From the IMG/VR virus record IMGVR_UViG_3300046820_001270, positions 224,001-288,000 of that record: a DNA stretch of 64,000 nt; one strand, given 5' to 3'. Each line of letters begins with the position of its first letter. Within the stretch, counting starts at the first letter, position 1. Below the pieces are notes generated by a model, which saw only the letters and a program-made list of their open reading frames with translations, was not told the origin of the DNA and did no database searches. Origin of the DNA: a virus (Duplodnaviria; Caudoviricetes). The position numbers were made by a program, and so were the translations under genes. Shown here piece by piece: positions 29,646-39,799 of this stretch.

Positions 29646-29855
29646 ATGTCTTGGCAGATAAACGGTAAGTTCATTTTAGTCCCAAAAAACCAAACACCCT
29701 CACCAACAGGGACACCAACGGCGACGCCATCACCTACAAGTACACCCACACCCACACCCTCACCAACTCCAACTCCAACACCGTTATTTGACGGATTATT
29801 GATGGAGAATGGGGAATATTTATTACAAGAAGATAACAGTAAAATCATATTATAA
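29646..29855 (+). CDS. Small Pro/Thr-linker protein
   Basis: 69 aa; (TP)n then LLMENGEYLLQED; stop overlaps start of fibre gene. Confidence 0.55.
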   Translation: MSWQINGKFILVPKNQTPSPTGTPTATPSPTSTPTPTPSPTPTPTPLFDGLLMENGEYLLQEDNSKIIL

Positions 29856-31444
29856 TGGCAGATCAAAAAATATCCCAATTAACGGAGGTAACTAACCCAA
29901 ATCCAAATGATGTAATTCCTATCGTAAATGGTAGTGAAACTAAAAAAATAACGGTTGCCAATTTGGCGGTTGCCGGTTCATCAGGAACGTCAGGTTCTAA
30001 CGGTAGTTCAGGCACAAGTGGAAATAATGGAACAAGTGGTACGTCGGGATCGAACGGTTCAGATGGTACTAGTGGTTCTAACGGTAGTTCAGGTACAAGT
30101 GGTATAAATGGAACCAGTGGAACTTCAGGTGTAAACGGCACATCAGGATCAAGTGGTACATCAGGTTCTAATGGTAGTAGTGGAACATCCGGTTCTAATG
30201 GTTCATCAGGAACTAGTGGAAGTAACGGTTCATCAGGTACCAGTGGAGTGAATGGAACAAGTGGTACTTCGGGTTACGTAGACAATGATTGGTTATATTT
30301 TACACCATCAACTGTAACCATACCATCAACGGGAAATAATTTTATATTATCGGGTACCACAACATCAAATGGTTCGGTATCTTATAATCAATCTACGGGT
30401 ATTATAACCTTAGCGGCAAATAAGACATATAAACTTAATGCTAGTTTTGCATTGGCAAATAATATAAACAATGCTGAAACACAATATCAATGGATAAATG
30501 TAACCACAAGTAATACTTTAATAGGAAACCTAGCAGGTGTAATAGTTGTTAATAGTAACGCCACAGCAGCTTGGCAACCATTAGCGGAGGCGATTATTGT
30601 CACAACAGGAACAACACAAGTAGCCCTAAGAAGTACTTTTAGTAATTCAACTGGTGGGTTTAGCACAAGTCAGTGTTTTATGATGGTAACCCAAATAAAT
30701 GGTTGGTCAGGTACAAGTGGTACATCAGGTTCTAATGGTAGTAGTGGAACATCCGGTTCTAATGGTTCATCAGGAACTAGTGGAGTTGTTAGTTATACGG
30801 GTTTAATTACAACAGGTTCAATTTCAACAACTCAAAATATTACAGGTTCGGTAATAATAAGTGGTTCAATGAATATAATAACAACTACATTACAAGTTGG
30901 AACTGGAAGTGGTGATGAAGGTGGAGAAATTTTATTAGCAAAATCACAAACAAACAACTCACTTACAGGTAGTGGAATTACAATTGATTCTTATCAAAAT
31001 AGATTAAGAATTTTTGAACAAGGTGGAGGTGCAAGAGGTGTATATCTTGATTTAAGTAAGGCACCCGCCGGCGTTAGTGGTGAATTGACGTGTAAATCAA
31101 GTGGAATAGTAAATGCCGGAACATTTGTAACATTAGATAATATTAAAGCAACTCTAACATCAAGCGGTAATAGGGGGTTGAGTGTTGCAACAGTATCTGG
31201 TACAGTTACAGGATTTATTTCGGCTCATTATCAAGGTATTGGGGGTTCATCAGGTTCTAATGCTAGTAGTACTAGTTTATCAACAAGTGCAACCACTTCA
31301 ATGTTTAGTTGGAACTTTACTGGACAAGGTGATACATCTACCTACATTTTAAGAGATGATACAAACGATAGAGTGTATAGAATTATTTTGATAATCGGTG
31401 GCACTTATCTTAATAACTTTATTTCAATAGAAAGATTACACTAA
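29855..31444 (+). CDS. Tail fibre-like protein with Gly-X-Y (GTS/GSN/GSS) repeats
   Basis: MADQKISQL...DVIPIV...TKKIT N-terminal fibre motif; two Gly-X-Y tracts flanking a globular domain. Confidence 0.7.
   Translation: MADQKISQLTEVTNPNPNDVIPIVNGSETKKITVANLAVAGSSGTSGSNGSSGTSGNNGTSGTSGSNGSDGTSGSNGSSGTSGINGTSGTSGVNGTSGSSGTSGSNGSSGTSGSNGSSGTSGSNGSSGTSGVNGTSGTSGYVDNDWLYFTPSTVTIPSTGNNFILSGTTTSNGSVSYNQSTGIITLAANKTYKLNASFALANNINNAETQYQWINVTTSNTLIGNLAGVIVVNSNATAAWQPLAEAIIVTTGTTQVALRSTFSNSTGGFSTSQCFMMVTQINGWSGTSGTSGSNGSSGTSGSNGSSGTSGVVSYTGLITTGSISTTQNITGSVIISGSMNIITTTLQVGTGSGDEGGEILLAKSQTNNSLTGSGITIDSYQNRLRIFEQGGGARGVYLDLSKAPAGVSGELTCKSSGIVNAGTFVTLDNIKATLTSSGNRGLSVATVSGTVTGFISAHYQGIGGSSGSNASSTSLSTSATTSMFSWNFTGQGDTSTYILRDDTNDRVYRIILIIGGTYLNNFISIERLH
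30150..30784 (+). repeat. Exact 71-bp direct repeat pair (30150-30220 and 30714-30784)
   Basis: Identical CAAGTGGTACATCAGG...GGAACTAGTGGA; offset 564 bp, in frame. Confidence 0.9.
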
Positions 31445-31485
31445 AAATTAAAATAGACAGAAAATAAAAGTATTTATATAACATA

Positions 31486-33300
31486 ATGGCAACAACAAGA
31501 CCCTTCGCATACAACACAGGATCCACCATAGATGGAACAACACAATTAGGAAACCTTGCAATAGGTGTTTCAGATCAAGATTATTCATTGGACCCTGGTG
31601 GGGTTAAATGGTGGATGGGACCTGATGAAGAATTAGGCTATATTATTGCTCACGAATCTTCATTATGTGACCAACCAACACCTGTTGAGGTGGATGCGTG
31701 TCTTGGATTTTGGAGATCAGATGTTTTAACTGAACAGTCATTTGTTGATTTGTTTAATATTATTCCTCCAAGAGTTGGTCAAACAAAATTTACAAGTGGT
31801 AATAGTGCTAAAACATGGTTAAACGATAATGGATATTGGACGTCTTATGGTGAGAATTTACCAACACCAACTCCGACATCAACATCGGGATTACCAACAG
31901 CCACACCAACACCAACACCAACACCAACGGCAACTAATATATCCGCAACGCCAACACCAACATCAACTGACATACCGGCGACTTCCACACCTACACCAAC
32001 CGCTACAAGTGTATCACCAACGGCAACCCCAGTTCCACCAACTAATACACCAACACCTACAGCAACAAATCCGGCTTGTGACATAACATATAATATTGTA
32101 GATATTACACCAACACCGACGGCAACAAATCCGGCTTGTGATGTAACATATAACATTGTTGATACAACACCAACACCTACACCAACACCAATTCCACCAA
32201 CAGGAACTCCTACACCAACACCGACATCAACTAATACACCAACGGCAACTGCGGTACCTTCACCGACTAATACACCAACCCCAACACCAACAAGTACTTC
32301 TGTTCCGGCAACACCTACACCAACACCAACATCGGTACCGGACCCAACTGCGACACCTGTTCCACCGACACCTACACCAACAGATGTAAACACATGTAGT
32401 GGTATACCATATACATTAACAAATACATGGGGAGCACCAACATCAGGTATTACGTTATGGGTATCAACTAGTGGAAGTACAGCATCAAATCAAGTTAATA
32501 GATTGGCAATTTCACAACCATTATTTATAAATAAAATAGACAATAATGGTGTGGATAGAACATCGTACTTTGGTGCGATAACGGGAAATACATTTACTAT
32601 GACAATATGTCAAAATGGAAATTCCGCAATTTATTCAGGTATAACCGGATCTCTTGCATATAATGGAACAAGTTATTTTCAGTTTGATGCGACTAAACTT
32701 TCATTGGTACAAAGTTCTCCAGTTTCGGCGTTTACGTTTAATGAATTAGTTTATTTCGATATAACAGTGGGAGGTTCACCGGCACCAACATCTACGCCAA
32801 CGGCAACAAGTGTACCACCAACTAATACACCAACTCCGACACCTACGGCAACTGAAGTACCCTCACCAACTAATACTCCAACCCCAACTGCTACCGACAT
32901 ACCATCTACTCCAACACCGACACCAAGTTTATTATTTCAAGTAGTAAACAATACAACAAGTAGAACTATTACGGACATAAAAATTAGTGGTATTACACAA
33001 ACATTAACAAGTGGTTCATATCCAATTACCACAGGTCAACAAGCTGGTTCATTAACACATCCATCATTTGATGGTGTACCACCAAATATAATGATAGTAT
33101 ATGTTGGTGGGTCGGGTAATTTCGTATATAATATCAAACAAAACGGTTCAGTTGCGTGGAATTATGTTGGTGCTATGAGTGGAAACTTCATTGTACCTCC
33201 AATCACATTTGATAGTACTGATGAAATAATTCTTACAATAGAAAATTATGTTTCATCAACACCAACTCCAACACCAACTAATACGCCAACACCAAGTTAA
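31486..33300 (+). CDS. Mucin-like Pro/Thr-rich modular virion protein
   Basis: Three globular modules joined by long PTPT linkers; 60-bp tandem repeat at 32059-32178; late motif 7 nt upstream. Confidence 0.65.
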   Translation: MATTRPFAYNTGSTIDGTTQLGNLAIGVSDQDYSLDPGGVKWWMGPDEELGYIIAHESSLCDQPTPVEVDACLGFWRSDVLTEQSFVDLFNIIPPRVGQTKFTSGNSAKTWLNDNGYWTSYGENLPTPTPTSTSGLPTATPTPTPTPTATNISATPTPTSTDIPATSTPTPTATSVSPTATPVPPTNTPTPTATNPACDITYNIVDITPTPTATNPACDVTYNIVDTTPTPTPTPIPPTGTPTPTPTSTNTPTATAVPSPTNTPTPTPTSTSVPATPTPTPTSVPDPTATPVPPTPTPTDVNTCSGIPYTLTNTWGAPTSGITLWVSTSGSTASNQVNRLAISQPLFINKIDNNGVDRTSYFGAITGNTFTMTICQNGNSAIYSGITGSLAYNGTSYFQFDATKLSLVQSSPVSAFTFNELVYFDITVGGSPAPTSTPTATSVPPTNTPTPTPTATEVPSPTNTPTPTATDIPSTPTPTPSLLFQVVNNTTSRTITDIKISGITQTLTSGSYPITTGQQAGSLTHPSFDGVPPNIMIVYVGGSGNFVYNIKQNGSVAWNYVGAMSGNFIVPPITFDSTDEIILTIENYVSSTPTPTPTNTPTPS

Positions 33301-33314
33301 ACTATTTATAACAT

Positions 33315-33671
33315 ATGGAATTCTTTATAAGACAAGGGGCATCTGACCCAATATTAAAGATGAGAATGATTGACGACGGTAAAAACGATAAGTCATCATT
33401 CAATGAAATGTTAGCAAGTGGTACTACAATCACCTTTGAAATGTCTGATGTGACAACGGGAGAACCTATGGTATTAGGATCTGAATGTCTTTTAACCAAT
33501 AGAACAAAGAAATATAACTATACAACTGACGAATATTATATCACACATAGATTTACAACCGAACATACATCACAAGTAGGAAGATATGAGGGTAAAGTAA
33601 CAATTACGTTTGATAATGGTAATATCCTTATCCTACCCGTTAAAGAAAAACTTTACATCAATATTTTTTAA
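33315..33671 (+). CDS. BppU-like Ig-fold baseplate or receptor-adaptor protein
   Basis: FFIRQGAS.P.LKM...YY...F...HT..VGRYEG...F..G.ILILP pattern. Confidence 0.5.
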   Translation: MEFFIRQGASDPILKMRMIDDGKNDKSSFNEMLASGTTITFEMSDVTTGEPMVLGSECLLTNRTKKYNYTTDEYYITHRFTTEHTSQVGRYEGKVTITFDNGNILILPVKEKLYINIF

Positions 33672-33689
33672 TACCCCATTTTTTAATTA

Positions 33690-33761
33690 TATTTATTAAT
33701 GTAAACAAGGCAAACTGTGGTTTTCCACAAGCTAATACGTCACATTAAAAAAATATAAAAC
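33690..33761 (+). promoter_or_regulatory. Structured 5' leader of the DNA polymerase gene
   Basis: TATTTATT motif then 64-nt leader containing a TGTGG-TTTT-CCACA hairpin (33716-33729). Confidence 0.4.
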
Positions 33762-36659
33762 ATGAAAGAGGTTATCTCTCAGGAAGTTATTGAAGGCTTC
33801 CTCAATGGTGGCGACGATGAAATGTATATCGTTGGTGTCGAATACGACTATCCCACAAACACAATCTTTAAAATTATTCAAGACCCTGAACAAGGGAAAA
33901 TCGTTAAACCTGACACATTTACACCGTTCTTATGGGTAGGTGATTTGACGGGTATGAATTTCTACGGAGATTCAAAGTCAATGCAGAAAAAACGTATGGG
34001 TGAGTTTGGTATTCTAATTGAAAAGTTAGATACTCACGGCAATGAACGTTTAGAAAATGGTATGACCCATATTGTTAGAAGTATTAAATCTTATACGGAT
34101 TTAGTATCATTCTTTAGAATGGGTGGATTAAATCCTTGGGATGAAAAGTGTAGACATTTATTTACTATCTTAAACCCCGTAGAACAATATCTCATACAGA
34201 AGAAAAAAAGATTATTTAAAGGTATTGATGATTACGGTGGAGTAAACAGATTTGTATTCGATATTGAAACCACAGGTCTTGATCCTGAGACTTGTATTAT
34301 TATATTGATTGGAGTTAAGGACAATCGTGGTTTAAATGAAACAATTCCTGCATTTGGTGAAGACGGTGAAAAGAAATGTATTGAGAGATTTTTCCAATAT
34401 ATTAAAGACTTAAAACCAACCATTGTTGCGGGTTATAACTCAGCCTTCTTTGACTGGCCGTTTATATTAAAACGTGCTGAAATACTTGGTGTCGATGTTA
34501 ATGGTTTAACACAAATCTTTACAACGCAAGGAATGAAAGAGAAAGAAGGTATGTTAAAACTTGCTAATGAAATTGAACCATATAAACAACACGTTATATG
34601 GGGTTTTAATATTATTGATATTGCACATTCTGTAAGACGTGCTCAGGCAATCAATAGTGAAATTAAAAGTTGGGGATTAAAATATATTACAACGTATTTG
34701 GAAAAAGAAAAACCTAATCGTGTGTATGTAGATGGTGCAAAGATCTCTAAAATATATTTAGATAACGAAAGTTATTATGTAAATCCAAAGACAGGTGGTT
34801 ATAAACAAATTGGAGAACCCGGTACAGAAAATTTAACACAAAAATACCCCGGCAAGTTTGAGATATGGACAGGAAGAAAAATTGTGGAACAATATCTAGA
34901 TGATGACTTGTATGAAACTATGGTCGTAGATGATAGTTTCTCTCAATCAACATTTTTACTTTCTAAATTGGTTCCTACCACGTATGAAAGAATTGCAACA
35001 ATGGGGACTGCAACACTGTGGAAAATTATCATGTTAGCATGGTCATACGAACATAACTTAGCAATACCGGCAAAAGATGAGAAACGTGCATTCACAGGTG
35101 GATTATCTCGTTTATTAAATGTGGGTTACGCAAAGAACATTGTTAAGTTTGACTATTCATCACTCTATCCATCTATTCAATTAGTGTATGATGTGTTTCC
35201 TGATTGTGATGTTATGGGAGTACAGAAATCAATGTTAAAATACTTCCGTAATATTCGTATTAAATATAAAAACTTAGCCGGTGAATTAAAGAATAGTGAT
35301 CCTGTTATGTCTGAGGTATATGATCGTAAACAATTACCAATTAAGATTTTTATCAACGCATACTTTGGTTCATTATCAGCACCACATGTATTCCCTTGGG
35401 GAGAAATGAATTCAGGTGAAACTATTACCTGTATTGGTCGTCAGTGTTTACGTATGATGATTATGTTCTACATGAAGAAGGGTTATAAACCTCTTGTAAT
35501 GGATACGGATGGTGTGAACTTTGAAACACCTGAGAGTGCAAAAGATGCTGTGTATGTTGGTAAAGGATTAAATGAATTAGTAACCGAAGGAAAAGAATAT
35601 ACGGGTATTGAAGCACATACTGCGGAGTTCAACGATATATTCATGAGAGGTGAGATGGGTTTGGATATTGACTATGTTGCACCGGCTTGTATTAATGTTT
35701 CTCGTAAAAACTACATCATCAAAATGATGAAGAAAGGTAAAGAGAAAATTAAATTAACGGGTAATACAATTAAATCAAAAAAATTACAAACATATATTGT
35801 TGAGTTTTTAGATGAAGGATTAAAGTATTTGTTAAATGGTGATGGACATTCTTTTGTAGAATTATATTATGATTACGTAACAAAGATTTATGATAAAGAA
35901 ATTCCATTATCAAAGATTGCAAACAAAGCACGTGTTAAACAAAGTATTAATGAATACAAAAAGTATGTAACTAAAACTACTAAAGCTGGTTCATTAATGT
36001 CACGTCAAGCACATATGGAATTAATTATGAGAAGTGATTATCCCGCAGGTTTAGGAGATACAATTTACTATGTTAACAATGGTTCTAAAAAATCATCAGG
36101 TGATGTACAGAAAATTACTAAACCAACAAAGAAACAACAAGAAGAATTCACCGCAAAGAATGGTTATCCAATGCCAAATGATTTTATTGAAGTGAATTGT
36201 TACATGATTGACGAAAAAGAAATATTAAATAATCCCGATTTAAAAGGTGATTATAATGTTCCTCGTTATCTTAATAACTTTAACAAACGTGTTGAACCTT
36301 TATTAGTTGTTTTTAATCCGGCAATTAGAGAAGATATATTAATTGAAGATCCAAAAGATAGACAATACTTTACAAAAGCACAATGTGATCTTGTGAATGG
36401 TTTTCCATTAAAAGAAGAAGGTCAAGATAAGTTAGATGAGGTTATGACTTTATCTGATAGTGAAGTAATATTTTGGAATAGAGTTGGTCGTGATCCTTAC
36501 TTTATGTATATTGAAAATAGTTTAGAACTTGCTGACCAATATTGGGTGGAACATAATAGAAAAGTTGTTACACTCCAAGCTGATAGTATTAAATCTAATG
36601 AAGAAGAAATAATCGAGAATAATAATCACGATTATGCGTTTCATGCAATCGAAAGTTAG
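33762..36659 (+). CDS. Family B DNA polymerase with 3'-5' exonuclease
   Basis: FDIETT, YNSAFFD, FDYSSLYPSI, KIFINAYFG and MDTDG motifs. Confidence 0.93.
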   Translation: MKEVISQEVIEGFLNGGDDEMYIVGVEYDYPTNTIFKIIQDPEQGKIVKPDTFTPFLWVGDLTGMNFYGDSKSMQKKRMGEFGILIEKLDTHGNERLENGMTHIVRSIKSYTDLVSFFRMGGLNPWDEKCRHLFTILNPVEQYLIQKKKRLFKGIDDYGGVNRFVFDIETTGLDPETCIIILIGVKDNRGLNETIPAFGEDGEKKCIERFFQYIKDLKPTIVAGYNSAFFDWPFILKRAEILGVDVNGLTQIFTTQGMKEKEGMLKLANEIEPYKQHVIWGFNIIDIAHSVRRAQAINSEIKSWGLKYITTYLEKEKPNRVYVDGAKISKIYLDNESYYVNPKTGGYKQIGEPGTENLTQKYPGKFEIWTGRKIVEQYLDDDLYETMVVDDSFSQSTFLLSKLVPTTYERIATMGTATLWKIIMLAWSYEHNLAIPAKDEKRAFTGGLSRLLNVGYAKNIVKFDYSSLYPSIQLVYDVFPDCDVMGVQKSMLKYFRNIRIKYKNLAGELKNSDPVMSEVYDRKQLPIKIFINAYFGSLSAPHVFPWGEMNSGETITCIGRQCLRMMIMFYMKKGYKPLVMDTDGVNFETPESAKDAVYVGKGLNELVTEGKEYTGIEAHTAEFNDIFMRGEMGLDIDYVAPACINVSRKNYIIKMMKKGKEKIKLTGNTIKSKKLQTYIVEFLDEGLKYLLNGDGHSFVELYYDYVTKIYDKEIPLSKIANKARVKQSINEYKKYVTKTTKAGSLMSRQAHMELIMRSDYPAGLGDTIYYVNNGSKKSSGDVQKITKPTKKQQEEFTAKNGYPMPNDFIEVNCYMIDEKEILNNPDLKGDYNVPRYLNNFNKRVEPLLVVFNPAIREDILIEDPKDRQYFTKAQCDLVNGFPLKEEGQDKLDEVMTLSDSEVIFWNRVGRDPYFMYIENSLELADQYWVEHNRKVVTLQADSIKSNEEEIIENNNHDYAFHAIES

Positions 36660-37771
36660 ATTACAATAATGGATGAAGGCATTGCTCTATACTTAAGTGC
36701 CTTATTAAGATTCTCCGCTTCGTTACCTTTCCTCTCAAGGATTTTATCGGGGCGGAGTCTTTCTAATCTAGCCATAAGTTCTTCCACTAATTTAGACTTC
36801 TCATCCTTACCTTCCGTAATTAAAGATTGGTAATCTAGTTTAACCTGACTATCGGGAACTTGTAAATCACCTGAGAATTTACCCCAAATACGACCTAATC
36901 CTTCCTTAGCATACGCAATCAAATATTTTCTAACCCAATTTTGTGCGGGTTTATTTAACGATTCCCACATCAATTGTTCAGTTTCAACATCTGAAGGTAA
37001 TTTAATAACATCTTTGTTGTTTTTTAAACAAGTATCTCTATCCATAGTATCGTAGTACCAATACCAAACGTTATAATTCTTTTGAGCTATTGCACCAAAA
37101 TCAAATTTACCACCGGGTACATTATACAAATGAATTAATTTTTTTCCTTCAGGTCCAGCTGTAATTCTATATGTTAAATCACCACCAATTAATCTATTTT
37201 TCATAGATCTATCTTGCATCCTTAATAATAAATCAAATGCTGGCATCATAAAATAAGAACCCGCATTACCCATTTGAGCGAAGCCACCCATACCACCAAT
37301 ACCCATACCACCAAGTCCACCAAATCCTGCCATAAACGGATCAACAAATGAATCGTTTAATTCTGCACGAGTAAACCATAATAATTCATTTATTTCACGA
37401 CCGGCGGGAATTTCATAAACTTGAGTTCCACCTGTAAGTGTAAAATAATCTTTTTTCAATTCCCAATCTCCCCCTGCTTGTAAACCTACAATTTTGGAAT
37501 ATGAGTGAGTATATTGTGTTTCGTAATCTAAACTTCTTGTTGTGAATGCTCTCGATAATGATTGTGTATCTATATCTAATCCAGCAAGTGCTGACCACTG
37601 AGATTCAATCAACCAATCACTAACGTATTGTTCGTATTCAGATAAAGCCAATTCCATGAAAGTATCCATTTGTTCTTCGGTAAGTTCAATACCACGAACT
37701 GGCATACCTAAAAGGTGAAATACTTGTGTATATAATTTATCCTTTTCTGCTGGTGAAATAATTTGAGACAT
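36656..37771 (-). CDS. Neck/head-tail adaptor (gp13-like)
   Basis: LLGMPVRGIELTEEQ, WVRKYLIAYAKE.LG...GKFSG..VP motifs; late motif upstream. Confidence 0.75.
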   Translation of the reverse strand: MSQIISPAEKDKLYTQVFHLLGMPVRGIELTEEQMDTFMELALSEYEQYVSDWLIESQWSALAGLDIDTQSLSRAFTTRSLDYETQYTHSYSKIVGLQAGGDWELKKDYFTLTGGTQVYEIPAGREINELLWFTRAELNDSFVDPFMAGFGGLGGMGIGGMGGFAQMGNAGSYFMMPAFDLLLRMQDRSMKNRLIGGDLTYRITAGPEGKKLIHLYNVPGGKFDFGAIAQKNYNVWYWYYDTMDRDTCLKNNKDVIKLPSDVETEQLMWESLNKPAQNWVRKYLIAYAKEGLGRIWGKFSGDLQVPDSQVKLDYQSLITEGKDEKSKLVEELMARLERLRPDKILERKGNEAENLNKALKYRAMPSSIIVI

Positions 37772-37773
37772 AA

Positions 37774-37805
37774 TTTGATTTATTAATATAAATATCCTAT
37801 ATTTC
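37774..37805 (+). promoter_or_regulatory. Bacteroidota-type promoter overlapping an antiparallel late motif
   Basis: TTTG-N20-TATATTTC, 4 nt before ATG 37810; its spacer contains the minus-strand late motif 37787-37794. Confidence 0.55.
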
Positions 37806-37809
37806 TATT

Positions 37810-38013
37810 ATGAACGAGAAACTAAACGAATTATTCAGTATCTGTGGGATTAACGACTTCATATTCCACTTACAAAAAGAGGGAGAAACTAACTTTATAA
37901 ACTATACTTTAGACCCTAAAACTATTGTAGTGAATATTCCCGATATTGAAGATAAGGAGTTGGATCGGTTATTAACTGATAAAATTAAGGAATTAAAGGA
38001 GACTTTTAAGTAG
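37810..38013 (+). CDS. Hypothetical protein
   Basis: 67-aa ORF with own promoter, overlapping the helicase stop. Confidence 0.55.
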   Translation: MNEKLNELFSICGINDFIFHLQKEGETNFINYTLDPKTIVVNIPDIEDKELDRLLTDKIKELKETFK

Positions 38014-39744
38014 GTCTTTACTGAAAGATTCCGAATATTCTCCGTCACCCATTACTTGGTCAATGACGTTCTTTTTCTTTTGTAAAATATTGTAAATTAC
38101 TTTTTCAATCGTATTCTCAAAAACGGGGTAATAAACCAATACACTATTCTTTTGTCCATAACGATATGCTCTATCTTCACCTTGTGAATGATCTGCCGGT
38201 ACAAATGATAAGTCATTCATAATAACAACTTCAGCGGCGGTTAAAGTAATACCAACACCGGCCGCCTTAATGTTACCGATGAATACTTTTATTTTATCTT
38301 CGTTTTGAAATCTATCAACCGCATCTTGTCTTTTATCTTTAGACATACGACCATCAAGTGTTACAGAATTCTTTTTATATTTGTCATGTAACATATCAAG
38401 TGTCATAGTGAAGTTAGTTAACACAATAACTTTCTTTCCTTGTTCTAAACATTTATCTATTAATTCACAAGTGTATGGAATTTTTTCATAAGAAATAAGT
38501 TGTCTAATTTTCATTAAACGATTTAATGTAACACTAATTGTTTCGTCATTTTTCTTATCATTCGTAATTCGTGTAAACTCTTCTAACTCTTCATCGTACA
38601 TTCTACTTGTAAGTTCTACAAATACGGGAGTGACAATCTTTTCTGGTAAGTCAAGAATATCAGTTTTCATTCTACGAAGAACATATGATTTAGTTCGTTC
38701 ACGAAGTTCATCTAAATTACTTGCACCGCTTGTATTCCATACCTTTCTATTACCGACTGTGAATTGATAACCTTTACAATATCTACGAACATATGATTGC
38801 CAATTTAATGTTAAAGGTGAATCGACAATTTTTAATAAGTTAAAATAGTTGATTGGTCTTGATGTCATTGGTGTTCCCGTTAATAACCACACTTTAGGGA
38901 TTTGTTCTAATACATCATTTAATAAACGTGTTCTATTTGCTGTAGTATTTGAAATATAATGTGCTTCATCTACAATTGCCAAATCAAACTTTTCATTTAC
39001 TAATAATTTATAATCATCACTATCTTCACTCTTATCCGTTGTATGATAGTTCTTAATAATATCATAATTGATAATATAAAAATCAAATGTAGATCCCCAC
39101 TTACGTCCTTCAACAATTAACACACGTCTATCTGAATAGTTTGCTATTTCTCTTTGCCAATTAATTTTTAATGAAGCAGGACAAACAATTAAAACTTTAT
39201 GAGCACCACTTTCTAATGCTCCAATAACCGCTGACGTAGTTTTACCCAAACCCATATCGTCAGCAAGAATAAACTTATCATTTGCCAATAATTTTTCAAT
39301 CGCCACTTTCTGATGTTCCATAGGTGGACGAACGTCATATGGACTATAATCAATAACTCTATTTAATTTCTTTTCCTCTTGAACGATTGCCGCCTTAGGT
39401 AACCACATTGCATGATTTTGTTGACGTTCAAATACTTTACCCCAAATATGATACGCCTTATCAGACTCACATAATAATTTCTCACACCATACTTTATCGG
39501 GTGGTGTTGGTAATAACATATCTTCCATTAATTTCTCACCAAACGTAGAGACGATATTGATATGTTTACGTGCGACTTTAGGTGTTGTATCTTTATACTT
39601 GATGACATACTCCGACTGTGGACGAGTTAACTTAAAGTTTTTAACTTCCACAAATTTGCGTTTGTATTCTAATAAAACATTATTAGATCCCTCATATTCA
39701 TTTAATATATCCCTTGCCTCAACCTCGGGTATTTTTCTTTCCAT
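37993..39744 (-). CDS. SNF2-family helicase/translocase
   Basis: ADDMGLGKT, DEAH, LTGTP, LRRMK and QGEDRAYRYGQ motifs. Confidence 0.92.
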   Translation of the reverse strand: MERKIPEVEARDILNEYEGSNNVLLEYKRKFVEVKNFKLTRPQSEYVIKYKDTTPKVARKHINIVSTFGEKLMEDMLLPTPPDKVWCEKLLCESDKAYHIWGKVFERQQNHAMWLPKAAIVQEEKKLNRVIDYSPYDVRPPMEHQKVAIEKLLANDKFILADDMGLGKTTSAVIGALESGAHKVLIVCPASLKINWQREIANYSDRRVLIVEGRKWGSTFDFYIINYDIIKNYHTTDKSEDSDDYKLLVNEKFDLAIVDEAHYISNTTANRTRLLNDVLEQIPKVWLLTGTPMTSRPINYFNLLKIVDSPLTLNWQSYVRRYCKGYQFTVGNRKVWNTSGASNLDELRERTKSYVLRRMKTDILDLPEKIVTPVFVELTSRMYDEELEEFTRITNDKKNDETISVTLNRLMKIRQLISYEKIPYTCELIDKCLEQGKKVIVLTNFTMTLDMLHDKYKKNSVTLDGRMSKDKRQDAVDRFQNEDKIKVFIGNIKAAGVGITLTAAEVVIMNDLSFVPADHSQGEDRAYRYGQKNSVLVYYPVFENTIEKVIYNILQKKKNVIDQVMGDGEYSESFSKDLLKSLL

Positions 39745-39799
39745 CGTATTATATATAATATAACTAAATAGAATGTATTATTAAACTATTTATTAGGAT

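Noticed and set aside
30150-30784. Diversity-generating retroelement template/variable repeat pair
   Set aside because: Copies are identical with no adenine-specific changes, both lie in one ORF, and no reverse transcriptase is in the window
31829-32393. Val/Gly-rich and Gln/His-rich ORFs in other frames
   Set aside because: Shadows of ACACCA Pro/Thr repeats, which lack stops in the alternative frames
33705-33742. GGCAAAC plus hairpin resembling the start of c-di-GMP-I or ZTP riboswitches
   Set aside because: No GNRA loop, second stem or 3' pseudoknot element; kept only as a generic leader hairpin
1086-36659. Introns, inteins or homing endonucleases in terL, capsid or polymerase
   Set aside because: Continuous ORFs of ordinary size; no LAGLIDADG, HNH, GIY-YIG or intein splice motifs noticed
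5698-37794. Classical T4 late promoters TATAAATA on the plus strand
   Set aside because: The copies noted point away from the adjacent start codons; the gene-sense reading is TATTTAT(A/T)
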